From NCBI GenBank assembly GCA_964057225.1, contig OZ059900.1:26598001-26662000 (forward strand): DNA of 64,000 nt, in the 5' to 3' direction. Positions 48,719-61,297 of the stretch are shown piece after piece. A model generated the notes under the pieces. It was not told the origin of the DNA. It searched no databases and saw only the letters and a program-made list of their open reading frames with translations. Made by a program: the position numbers and the translations under genes. Source of the stretch: Auanema rhodensis. Taxonomy: Eukaryota; Animalia; Nematoda. Position 1 is the stretch's first letter. Each line of letters opens with the position of its first letter.

Positions 48719-51700
48719 TTATTCACAATAACCGTAGGGTAAAGTACTATAATCTTGTAGATAACAAAGTTTATCCATTACGACTTTAGTACTTTTTGTC
48801 ATATCCATTGTGGATATGGCACCGAGTTGCCTCTTTAACAAGGTTGTATTGGTTTTTAAAACCAATTTCTCTCCATCCATAACGAGTTCGCGAACCAGTC
48901 GCTCCATACTTTCAAAGTTTACCACTGATGCTGCCGTGTGGTCCAACGTCTGAAAATTATAAAATTATTTGAAAAGTCAAAGCTCGTACTTACCACTCCC
49001 TTTGCCTTTGTTACATACTTTACATCACCAGCTGCATTTACAAGTTTATAACTATAAACTTTTGCTGCTGGTGATACAAACTTGGTCATTGACCAACCAT
49101 CGGGTATTTCAGAGGTTAGTTTACCTAACCATTCACCCTTCATATCCTCAATTGGATCTGGCTCATCCAGGCACCTTTGATAAATTAGTGAATCCGTGTC
49201 TAAATAATGTAAGTTTAAATTGAATACAAAGTATAAAATTACCTGTATACACCAAATTCTTTCCAATTTTCTCCATTGCCTTATACAATAGTAGCCTTGC
49301 ATGAGCGGTTGTATAGGCCGCAATAGCTACATTTGTAAAAGGCGGTGGTGCCAAATGTGAATCCTCTGGTACTGTTGTGCAGTACGCAACATTATCCACA
49401 ATTTTGAACCCAGTGAGTTCCCTTGCAGGATCAGTAATGATCCTACCAATTTCTGGGTCCTCAACACCAATAATCTTGGTTTGGGCTTTATCTGGTCTTT
49501 GACCCATTTTACCCCAGACACTATTAGCAAATTTGTAATGTATTGTTTTAAAAAGTTTACAAACCTATTTAGCTGCAGTTTGGCAATGCTACGCATGGCA
49601 GCATTCTTCTCAATTTTATTGCTCTCCAGAGCAACACCAGTGTTCTCCTCGTGCTCTTGGAAATATATCACCTGTAAAATTCTATTTAATGTGATACTTT
49701 TATTAAAACATACCTTTTCTCCCTCTGTCATGTTTGGCTTTGGCCAGCCCGACGCCTCTTGTTTAATTTTTATGTACTTTTGTACAAACTCTTTTAACAG
49801 GCCGCCTTGTTGCCATTCTTCCCAGTGCCACACCTCATGCACATGAAGCACTTTATAGCCACGTTGTATGGCACACTCGAGCTCAACATGTGTTACGGTT
49901 AGATGCAGCTTTCGAGCATTTACATCATTTTGGTGCTCACAAGTAACATTTTTACTTTTGACTGCACAAGTGCGGCAGTTTGTAAAAATTAGTTTACCGC
50001 CAATACGTGTGCATAATACAGGGTACAGCAAATTTGTGGGTGCAAGCACGTCACATTTTACTAGACCCTTGTATGGGCAGCATGCCTCAAAGCTTTTGAA
50101 ACCCTCAGTAATCACTTTGGGATTACCTACAGGGTAGTAGGCATCAAAAGCGGTGACATATGGATATAGTGAACAAAAGTCCACATACTCGAGCGAGTAT
50201 CTATCCGAAGCTTGTGCCAAAAGCTTATATGTCTGGGTGCGGCCACCGGTAAAGGCATCTCTAGGTGCCAAGCGTGTAACAACATTTGTTTCACGCATAA
50301 ATTTCGCCATTTGTTCATTGGCCGAAATTTGTGCATTAATTTCGTGCTCCCACACTGTGGTAACACTAATGCCTTGGCTTTGAATTGCTTCAAGCCTTTT
50401 CATGATTTTATCATAAACCTAAATTTTTCAAATTAAAATGATTAAAAATTATCAATTACCTCTTCCATTGTTTCACCATTTCTGCCTGGTGCTATAGCGC
50501 TCTTGTTGGTGCACTTGGGGCAACCATGGTAAATGCAACCATTAATCTACAAAAATTTGTATTTTTTACATTTATTACAAATTACTCACCTCATAGCCAT
50601 GATTGGCAACGGGGTCATAAGCATCGAGCAGAAAGCGATGGCCATCTACTCTCACTGCAAATTCACCACCATTAAGCTTATGCATTAATGGGCGGCCCAA
50701 TCCTTGTTCTAGCCATTTTATATACTTTATGACTATTATACTCTGCTTTTGACCGGCATAATAACCAGTCTCGGGCAGAATACCCACTTGGTTCTCTTTA
50801 ATGTGGTTCATTTTCAACTGTAATATACTAGTTTTGAAAATGCTTGTATTTTAAAAAACTTGCCTAGAATAAAGAGAAACTGGCAAATGTCATACATTGT
50901 ATGACAGGGTTCCAGCCAGTGGTGGCGATTGCCAACTTCATGTAAACTTTCATACAGTTGGTTAAAATACGGACATCTGTCCTACAATATTCCAAAAGCT
51001 CTTCATCAAAATCAAACGCTCTTTGATTACGCTCTTCATACCAAATATCGAATGAAGCTAGGTCTTCTGCTTTCATTCTAGCAGTACAATAGTACTGTTT
51101 TGGTGGTAAAGATGGCAACACTTTGCCATAATTTATTGGATGATTAAAGAGGTAAGGAAACTGTCCTTTACTCATATCAGGTACACCAAATGCCTTGGGT
51201 AACGCTGATAAGGGTAAAGGCACTAATAAATAACTATCTTTAAAATATAAATAATTAAATTTTTGACCTCTTAAAGGCTTGACAACCATGCTTATAATCT
51301 TGGTCCTATTGAAAATTGGATCAGGATATATACCACGGTTTATCAGCCTAGACACCAAGAAATGTATGTCAAAGCGTGAACCATTATGCGCAATCAAAAT
51401 TGCATTATCATTCTCAACAGAGTTGAGTAACCAATCAAGGAAACGATCTGTTACAGACCATTCACTATCACCTTGTTGGTACCCAAAATGGCCCTCCTTG
51501 GTTGTGCATTTTTCACATGAGCCATATTGGGCCATTGTTCATCTGCATATTCATGAACATTTGTACCGTTTTTTAACACAACCGTTTCAAAGTCATAGAA
51601 TATAATCTTAAACAAGTAAGCATTATACTTGTAAAGATGTTAAATACAAACCTTGTATTTTTCTTGCCTCTTTTTTAACTGATCCTTCATCTTGTCGTCA

Positions 51701-53877
51701 GGTGGTACCCAACAACAAGAATGATCTTCAGGCGTTGTTTGCCCACACTTTTTGCAAAATTTCTCATTGCAATTGTGCGGTCTATCAGCACGTACTCTGT
51801 GATAATGATCACAGTTTTCACATGTCTGAATTTAGTCTTGTTAAATTTTATATATATTTTTTAAATTACCTTAAACATTCGACATGTTTTTCTAATATGC
51901 CTGTCAAAGCATTGACGAGTTTCAAACAAAACTCTACAACTATCACATCTTATGCTACTTTCAACCACATTTTCCATCGAATTACATTTCAAGGTGTGGC
52001 ATTTCTTACACTTGGCTTTACATCTATGCAACACTGTTTTGTAAGATAATTTACAGTATTGGCATATAATACCATCAAAAAGCTGTGATCTACTACAAGT
52101 TGTAATACAGTCATAATGATTATTTCGGTAGCCTAGTGTTACCACTTTGCTAGCCGTTTCATTAAAGATACGCTGAATAGCGTACATATGCTGTCCAGGT
52201 GGCCTAGCGTATACTACAAACTTATAGTCTGTATTACAACTTGCAATAATATTTAAATGGTTTAAATTATAATTTGGTAAATGTACAGAAATACCACACC
52301 TATTTAATAAATTGATATGATGTGGTTGATTTGGCAACAAGATGTAGTTGCGACGAAGATTTTGTATCCTCCGCTTTTCAACAACATCTTCTGCTGCCTC
52401 TTCATCGGCTTTCCACATTCCCACAACTGCTGCTCTAGCCAGGCAATGTGTATCAGTGTTCTCAATTGTGCCAGGTATTTTGAGTTCGGCATCAAAATAG
52501 AAACCAACTCTACCTTCACCAGGCATCAGGCTTGGCTGCACTGGTCTCTCATCAAACACATACATTTCAATATTCATTGCCTGGCTAATTACAGCTTCTC
52601 GCTTTGATTGATGTACCTTGCTGATGGCATTCATGATGGCAACGCCATCCAAATGCTCCCTTCTACGGAAATCCATAAATATGGATCCCTTTTCAAAGGA
52701 TGGGTGCTCTATTGATAAACAAAATAGCGCTTTTTGTTTATCTGGCACACCACTTTCAGCAAGGCACCGATCAAGAAACTCATTAAATAGCCGCGGCATG
52801 ACAACATGCATTGGCTCATTAATGGTTTCCAAATGTGGGAACGTGAGCGATCTAACGACCACGTTGGTAAACCGACCAGTGCGATTTATGCGTCGGTGTG
52901 ACCACTATAATACACACTTTTTATAATGGTTATACGCTTTTAATTTAAATATAAATAATTTTTGTTTATAAGTTTTAATAAATTTACTTTTCTTTAAATT
53001 ATTTTTATTGATGTTTAAAAATAAATGGCATTTGATTTTTAAATATAAAGTTTTTTTTTTATCAACTTTGAAAAAACTTTTATAAACATTTGTTAATGTT
53101 TAAAAATAAATGAAAAGGTCAAGATTGTGTTTTATTATTTTACTAGTTCAAAATGTTTGAAATTTTTATAATTTGTAAGAATCCAAAATTAGTTGAAAGA
53201 AAGATATATAGTGAGATGAAATGTAAAGATTTTAAAATGAATGCTGTTCAAAAGAATGAATATATAAATTTCAAAATACTTGCAATTTGTCTGATAAAAG
53301 ATATAGATTGTGATGAAATGTAAAAATGAGAGAGAGAGAGAATTTTATGAATGCAATTGAAAAAGAGAAATAAGTTTCAAAATGTTTTCAAAATATGCAA
53401 CTGGAGCAAGAGATAATTTCATGTTTCAAAAGATATATTATCAAATGATATGTAAATAAAAGATCGCACCTCTATTTTACAGACATCGTTGAAAGCCGCT
53501 CCATGTCCGACTTGCCCTCCACTGGTTGATGGGGTAGCGGGATCCCATTCTCTTAAAAAGAAAAAACTAAATGTTATAATTTTTAATATCGCTTACTCAT
53601 CACTGTCATCCAAGGTTATTACTTCAATAACCCTTGATGATGAGGGCCCACTGTTAAAAGTGGGTGATGTGGGCTCACAGAGCTCGATCCCACCAGCCTC
53701 GGTAAACTTTATACGTTTACTAAAAAAAAAATATATAGATTCAAAATTGTGTTAAATTACCTGAGCTGATTAATCTCTTCATAATCGAAACCCAACTCTT
53801 TACATAAACGTTTATAACTAAAAAAAGAAAAAGTTTACAAACAAATAATCAAAAAGACACAACCTATTAGCAGCCAT
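48719..53877 (-). pseudogene. Protein-primed family B DNA polymerase (pPolB), 14 exons, with frameshift and nonsense lesion
   Basis: Hand splicing gives ExoI FYDFET, ExoII AHNGSRFD, ExoIII YCRTDV, an inserted nuclease-like segment (YE/INGCIYHGC), motif A DFCSLYP, motif B KLQLNSVWGK and motif C YTDTDS. Frameshift ~51540; TAG at 50864-50866. Confidence 0.93.
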
Positions 53878-54073
53878 TGTACCTTGATATAATGAATACA
53901 TCAGTCTACACATTGCTGTTGGCATTGTAATTTGTTATGTAACATGGATTTGGGTACAGCTGTCAAAACTAGCAGTTGCGATAAACTTTAAAATAAATAA
54001 GCATATTGAATACATCTGTTTTTATTGTCCCCGTCGGATTAATTTTTGTTATTAGTTCTTATTAAATTAACTT

Positions 54074-55081
54074 TATGCGTTTCATTGAGGTCAGCGCAAC
54101 TGTTTGTTAATCCCGTCGTATTTACCTTCAATGTGTGTTCTATAGAGTTTTTGTGGTTATATTAGTAAAATAAAGTTTAAAACTAATCTTTTATTATAAT
54201 TTGAAACCTTTACTTGTTACAATAAATATAATTAATAACAATTCACAATTTCAAAAATTAATAATTTAATGTCGTTCTCATCGAATTAACCTTCGATATG
54301 TGTTCCATTAAATTTTGTATTTCATATCGTTCTTATCGAATCAACCTTCGATATGTGTTCCATTATTTTTTGTATTTCATATGGTTCTTATCGAATTAAC
54401 TTTCGATATGTGTTCCATTGAATTACCCATAACAAGTACGGTGAACAAAATTATCTACATGCAAAAAATTTATTGTTCTTTAAAAATACAAATGAAATAG
54501 TACAAACACAATACAATAAAAAATAAACAAAATAAGTAAACAAACATTATTAATAAATATAATAAAGAAATAAAGAAATAAATAAAATTTAAAAACAAAT
54601 TTATATATTTAAAATTTAAATATAATTTATATATATAAAATTTAAATATAATTTAAATATTTAAAGTTTAAATATAATTTATATATATAAAATTTATTAT
54701 AATTTAAATATTTAAAGTTTAAATATATTTTATATATATAAAATTTAAATATAATTTAAATATTTAAAATTAAGATTTTTATTTTTACTTAATATATTTA
54801 AAAATAATTAAAAATATATACATACATTTGAAAAAACAAATTTAAAATTTGATTTAAAAAAAAAAATTTTAATCATGCTTTAAATCATGACTTTTAAATT
54901 TAAAAAAGGAAAATCCATGAACCATGTTCCCGAAATATGATTTTAACAGCTGACGCTCAAAAATATGTTTTTGACAGCTGACGCGCCCCAAAAGTATATT
55001 TTTAGCAGCTGACGCCCCCAAAAGTATGTTTTTGATAGCTGTTTGGGGGCGTGGTTAGTAAATTTTGCACGGCTCTCTACT
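54074..55081 (-). repeat. Maverick right TIR (~1000 bp)
   Basis: Ends ...aaattttgcacggctctctact. AT-rich internal expansion at ~54600-54780. Confidence 0.93.
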
Positions 55082-58013
55082 GAGATCTATGACTAAGCAT
55101 ATGACTAAGTCTAAGCATGAGATCTATGACTAAGCATATGACTAAGTCTAAGCATGAGATCTATGACTAAGCATATGACTAAGTCTAAGCATGAGATCTA
55201 TGACTAAGCATATGACTAAGTCTAAGCATGAGATCTATGACTAAGCATATGACTAAGTCTAAGCATGAGATCTATGACTAAGCATATGACTAAGTCTAAG
55301 CATGAGATCTATGACTAAGCATATGACTAAGTCTAAGCATGAGATCTATGACTAAGCATATGACTAAGTCTAAGCATGAGATCTATGACTAAGCATATGA
55401 CTAAGTCTAAGCATGAGATCTATGACTAAGCATATGACTAAGTCTAAGCATGAGATCTATGACTAAGCATATGACTAAGTCTAAGCATGAGATCTATGAC
55501 TAAGCCTAAGCCTAAGCCTAAGCCTAAGCCTAAGCCTAAGCCAGAATTTTGAGTAAATTCCTGATCTTGGTTTCATCAGCTCCATCATAAGGTAGCAAAT
55601 TATTTTCTTCGATTTTTTTAGAACTTCTTCAAAACTGGCCGGTGATTGAGCGGGGAAATCGAAATCCATTTTTGAAAAATCGAAGACCTCTATTTCGTTA
55701 TCTTGTTTGATCAAATTCATGTAGGAATCGGTATCCAGAACTTCAAAATTTTTTCTTATACCACACCTTACACAGAATGTGGCGTTCCGTGGAACGAAAA
55801 GTATTTCTAAACACCTTCTCCTCCATAATTCTGACAATGTAAGCAGGCATAATGTATACTGAAAACATAGAAATAACACATATTTTGATTTGAAATTATC
55901 CAAAAAGTTAACTCACTTGAAAATTCAAAAAAATCAAATTGGAACAGTAGCAACACAGCGTGTTAGATGAGAATACCTGAAAAATGTCATTTGATTTTGA
56001 TTCTTAAAATAATAATATGTGAATATTGAAGAAGAAAAAGAAAAATATTGAAAACAAACAAAAAAAGCACAATTAATTAACGAGCTTTTTGAAAAGTCAT
56101 GCACCACAAAAGAGAATTGACCTAAGTCTAAGCATGAGATCTATGACTAAGCATATGACTAAGTCTAAGCATGAGATCTATGACTAAGCATATGACTAAG
56201 TCTAAGCATGAGATCTATGACTAAGCATATGACTAAGTCTAAGCATGAGATCTATGACTAGGCATATGACTAAGTCTAAGCATGAGATCTATGACTAAGC
56301 ATATGACTAATTCTAAGCATGAGATCTATGACTAAGCATATGACTAAGTCTAAGCATGAGATCTATGACTAAGCATATGACTAAGTCTAAGCATGAGATC
56401 TATGACTAAGCATATGACTAAGTCTAAGCATGAGATCTATGACTAAGCATATGACTAAGTCTAAGCATGAGATCTATGACTAAGCATATGACTAAGTCTA
56501 AGCATGAGATCTATGACTAAGCATATGACTAAGTCTAAGCATGAGATCTATGACTAAGCATATGACTAAGTCTAAGCATGAGATCTATGACTAAGCATAT
56601 GACTAAGTCTAAGCATGAGATCTATGACTAAGCCTAAGCCTAAGCCTAAGCCTAAGCCTAAGCCTAAGCCAGAATTTTGAGTAAATTCCTGATCTTGGTT
56701 TCATCAGCTCCATCATAAGGTAGCAAATTATTTTCTTCGATTTTTTTAGAACTTCTTCAAAACTGGCCGGTGATTGAGCGGGGAAATCGAAATCCATTTT
56801 TGAAAAATCGAAGACCTCTATTTCGTTATCTTGTTTGATCAAATTCATGTAGGAATCGGTATCCAGAACTTCAAAATTTTTTCTTATACCACACCTTACA
56901 CAGAATGTGGCGTTCCGTGGAACGAAAAGTATTTCTAAACACCTTCTCCTCCATAATTCTGACAATGTAAGCAGGCATAATGTATACTGAAAACATAGAA
57001 ATAACACATATTTTGATTTGAAATTATCCAAAAAGTTAACTCACTTGAAAATTCAAAAAAATCAAATTGGAACAGTAGCAACACAGCGTGTTAGATGAGA
57101 ATACCTGAAAAATGTCATTTGATTTTGATTCTTAAAATAATAATATGTGAATATTGAAGAAGAAAAAGAAAAATATTGAAAACAAACAAAAAAAGCACAA
57201 TTAATTAACGAGCTTTTTGAAAAGTCATGCACCACAAAAGAGAATTGACCTAAGTCTAAGCATGAGATCTATGACTAAGCATATGACTAAGTCTAAGCAT
57301 GAGATCTATGACTAAGCATATGACTAAGTCTAAGCATGAGATCTATGACTAAGCATATGACTAAGTCTAAGCATGAGATCTATGACTAGGCATATGACTA
57401 AGTCTAAGCATGAGATCTATGACTAAGCATATGACTAATTCTAAGCATGAGATCTATGACTAAGCATATGACTAAGTCTAAGCATGAGATCTATGACTAA
57501 GCATATGACTAAGTCTAAGCATGAGATCTATGACTAAGCATATGACTAAGCATATGACTAATATACGTGCTACAGTTCATTCAACTCAGAATGCACAGTT
57601 TAGTTAAGTGTTTCAGTTGTGATTGAAGCATGACATAAACATGAGATCTATTACTAAGCATATGACTAAGTCTAAGCATGAGATCTATGACTAAGCATAT
57701 GACTAAGTCTAAGAATGAGATCTATGACTAAGCATATGACTAAGCATATGACTAATATACGTGCTACAGTTCATTCAACTCAGAATGCACGGTTTAGTTA
57801 AGTGTTTCAGTTGTGATTGAAGCATGACATAAACATGAGATCTATAACTAAGCATATGACTAAGTCTAAGCATGAGATCTATGACTAAGCATATGACTAA
57901 GCATATGACTTAGTCTAAGCATGAGATCTATGACTATGCCTAAGCCTAAGCATAAGACTAAGCCTAAGCCTAAGCATATGACTAAGCATGAGATCTATGA
58001 CTAAGCCTAAGCC
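55082..58013. repeat. 37-bp telomere-like minisatellite, right part, with pure (TAAGCC)7 tracts and interleaved unique blocks
   Basis: Period 37 (tgagatc at 55118, 55155...). (TAAGCC)7 at 55501-55542 and 56629-56670; mixed telomeric hexamers at 57936-58013. Confidence 0.97.
55501..57550. repeat. 1128-bp tandem duplication (telomere tract + 576-bp unique block + 37-mer array)
   Basis: 55543-56118 matches 56671-57246. Private 37-mer variants at 56261 and 56311 recur at 57389 and 57439. Confidence 0.95.
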
Positions 58014-58299
58014 TTATAAATTTAAATCAAACACCTGTGCAAACCTAGGCTTTTCTTGTTCATTAGTAGTTAGTTATAGTTAGTTAAAAAAAAAGTTACC
58101 TAAAGACGTTTACGATTGGGGGGGGGGTCACTAAAGGCGGCCCTAATTAATGGTCCTATAGAGAAATTAGCGTAGGCGTCATAAAAAAAAATTATCATTG
58201 ATGTTAATATCTTAATTATCTTATTAGCATGTGTTTTATTTTTATTTCATGTTTTTTTCAAGTGTAATGAAAAAAATAAGAAGAATATAATAAAAAGAT

Positions 58300-59363
58300 C
58301 TCAACTCACCAGAAAGAGGGTATTCTGAATGACGAGACGACGCTTTTTCTGCAAAAAAGGGAGGAAGATGTTGCTCTATATAAGATGAAGTGCCGACTGG
58401 CATTTATATCTGCGCCTCATGTTAAACAAGTAAGACTTTATTCATTATAATGTCTGTTTTTTCAGGAAGTAGAAGAGGCCTTGTATCTCCTTGTTAAGTT
58501 ATTCCCGCTAGATTTAGGATTGCCTCCCCCCCTTCCTCTAGATCTGGCTACGTACCACTACGCCACTTTTAAACCCACCGCTCCTGTGACAAAGAAAGGG
58601 GACAAGCTCTCCTCATTCTATAACTTCTTGAAATGTCACATAGCCTGGGGAAAAGAATCAGTTCTTAAGGTGAAGTTATAACATCCTTTTTATATTTTAC
58701 TTTGGATTAGTAGTGTGTGACTTACGAGTCGGATGTAACTGTAAGATTCTTGGATGAATCGTTGTTTATCGGTATGGAAGACATACTCTCAGTTTTCAAG
58801 GAGAACCAGTAAGTTCACCTTTAGCATGATGAGATGACAACCGTTTTCTTAGCGTCACCAAGGAGAAACACAGATTGAAGCTCCTACCATGCTCCCCCAT
58901 TAGTAAGGAAGGATGTATGAAAAAAAAAGCAGAACAGATCCCGGCCAAACTTTCAAGACGTATTCATACGCCAATTTAAAGGGTCGATACAGGTAAGCTA
59001 ATGTTTTGTTCCTTTGATCATGGTTCGTCAGGTCTGGAAAAAACAGCCTAGTGTGCGGAACGACTCGAACAAAAGAAATCATCATGTTCATTCCACGCAA
59101 CTCTATCTAGTAGTGCAGAAGCACATAGATCAACAGTGAGTTCATTTTGTTTGTTAATATATGTAGCTGTTTTTAGTGGTAGCACCTTCTGTCCACCAAT
59201 ACTCCTTGATCCGCTCACGAACGATGACCATTGGGTAGAAAACCTTGCCAAGCTGAGTGCAGCTTTTTACTTCTTCCCGTACTGTTGCTCGATACTTCTC
59301 TACTCAATGGGTAAGACCACTACCTTCTGTGGACGTGGTCATAGTGCAGCTGCCAGTCTCTAA
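58300..59363 (+). CDS. Orphan multi-exon gene of unknown function (model approximate)
   Basis: Series of open exons flanked by gtaag/gtgag donors and ttcag/ttag acceptors, e.g. EVEEALYLLVKLFPLDLG...ESVLK and final exon GSTFCPPILLDP...AAASL*. Confidence 0.45.
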
Positions 59364-59430
59364 CAGCTCCTTATCATTATAAATATTATTATTACAGTTC
59401 ATCACATACCTCATCTTGTGATTTTTCATC

Positions 59431-60425
59431 TCATCTTGTGACCAGATGATTTTTCGGAACCATCAGTCGTTGGCTATAATGAATAAAAACCGCTGACCAA
59501 GTACTGTTATATTTGATTACCTCATCATCAATCAATAGGAGTTTTTTGGACACAACCTTGGACAGATTCTTTGCTGTTTCAAATAACTTACAGTTGCATT
59601 CAGGAGACTTTGCAAAATAAAAGAAAACATCTACAATAAAGAAAAACATACATTTTGGGGAAAGAGGGATCAGGCGAGGTTTTCCCTGCATCTTAATTGT
59701 GCGTCTGCCGATGCAGACGTTGAGGTCGAACCCGCTGAAAAAATCATTAAATAAAATTTAACTTTAATGAAATAATTACCGTGACAACTCTGCTCTGCAA
59801 TAATAACTTCAGTGTCTCCAACCATTTTTCATTGGTTACTGCGATAGGTACCTGAAATGCAAGATAATAACAGATGAAATAAATTAAATACCTTATACTC
59901 GTTGGCATTCTGCTTGTTGAGATGCGTAACTTTTAACACAGCAAACGACTAATGCATCTGCAACATACATGAATGATCACGAAAAGCTTCGTTGAGGCTA
60001 CGACACTGATACACATAAAGTCAAATGTTAGCTAACCTTAACAATGCTGCATCGATCTTCAGTATATATGGAGATTAATTTTGGCAATTAATTGGATACT
60101 CAGATATCTGCTGATAAGCATACCTAGCATTCAACACACGCGTCGAGTCTGCAAAAGATCTTAAAGGGAAGCATACAAACAATTTATAGGTGTAAGGCAT
60201 CTGAAAAATGGAAACGTCAAAGTAAACAATAGTTATTAACTCACGCTTACTGCAGCCGACAAAATCCAGCAATCCAACAGCTTTGTCCACATTCTGAAAA
60301 TTTGCAATGAAAAAGTTAAAGTTAAAAAAAATACCTTTAATATAAGTTGCAGGCTGGTCAGAACATCGGTAGAGCATATTGTGAAAATTGGTCGTTCACG
60401 GCGCTTACGCCCCTTTTTTGCCATC
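59431..60425 (-). CDS. Orphan multi-exon gene or pseudogene starting MAKKGRKRRER (NLS-like)
   Basis: ATG directly after ttcttccag; the first two exons splice in frame; the later frame is not resolved. Confidence 0.4.
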
Positions 60426-60714
60426 TGGAAGAAAAAACTATTAACACAAAACAAAAAAGAAACTGCAAAATGAAACTGCAAAATAAAACACGAATTAATA
60501 TTTAACGCAACGCAAAAAAAAAACGACCGCACCGAAATATAGAGTGAAATATAATGAAATTATCATAACAAATCGATAAAAAATCGATAGCTTTTAGACA
60601 ATTTACAAATTCTGGCGCGTATCGCATGTTATTTTGTAAACATCTGAATATTCAGAGGGGTCATAAAGCTTGACCAGGGGTCATGAAACTAGGTGGGCGC
60701 GCGGCAAAGGGCGC

Positions 60715-61069
60715 AGCTGCATGCAGATAACGCAGTTATTAACCGTTACTACCTTCGAACCAAATTACCAATTTCAGTCAGTTATTATCTTATATAGATT
60801 GCATGCAGATTACGCAGTTATTACCAGTTTCTACTTTCGAACCAAATTACCAATTTCAGTAAGTTATTACCTTTTAGTTTCTACCTTCGAACCAAATTAC
60901 CAATTTCAGTCAGTTATTACCTTATATAGATTGCATGCAGAGTACGCAGTTATTACCAGTTTCTACCTTCGAACCAAATTACCAATTTCAGTAAGTTATT
61001 GCCTTTCAGTTTCTACAAAAAGTTATTACCTTCGAACCAAATTGGTAATTTGGTTCGAAGTTAATAACT
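60715..61069. repeat. Iterated accttcgaaccaaattaccaatttcagt motif (132-bp period) ending in a 23-bp-stem palindrome
   Basis: Motif copies at 60751, 60833, 60883, 60965 and 61028 (last one partial). Hairpin at 61021-61069 with 1 mismatch and a 3-nt loop. Confidence 0.9.
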
Positions 61070-61297
61070 GATAGTTTTTGCCTTTCGTGTTTTGTTGCAG
61101 GCAATAACTGTTAACATGAAATTAGAATAATTTTTTTTTCTTTCTTATTTTTATTTAATTAATTTGCATCTTCTTTGTTATTATTTCATTTGCATCTTCT
61201 TATTTTATTCGCATCAATTCGCATCATCACTTCTTCATATAACTTTTTAATTTGCTTTATTCTATTTCTAATGTTGATTTATTTGCAGATCTCTAAT

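Larger units (their letters stand above)
39510..55081. mobile_element. Maverick/Polinton, 15.6 kb, full length with inactivating lesions
   Basis: AGTAG...CTACT termini, long TIRs, 6-bp TSD with one mismatch (AAGATC 39504-39509 / GAGATC 55082-55087), and the core gene set INT, ATPase, mCP, PRO, MCP, pPolB. Confidence 0.97.

Noticed and set aside
55481-57031. Twin 140-aa ORFs ending LRLRLRLR
   Set aside because: The tail is translated TTAGGC repeat and the start runs through intron-like sequence. Treated as a truncated fragment, not a gene.
60670-61071. 133-aa ORF with repeated FEPNYQFQSV
   Set aside because: Translation of the tandem DNA repeat.
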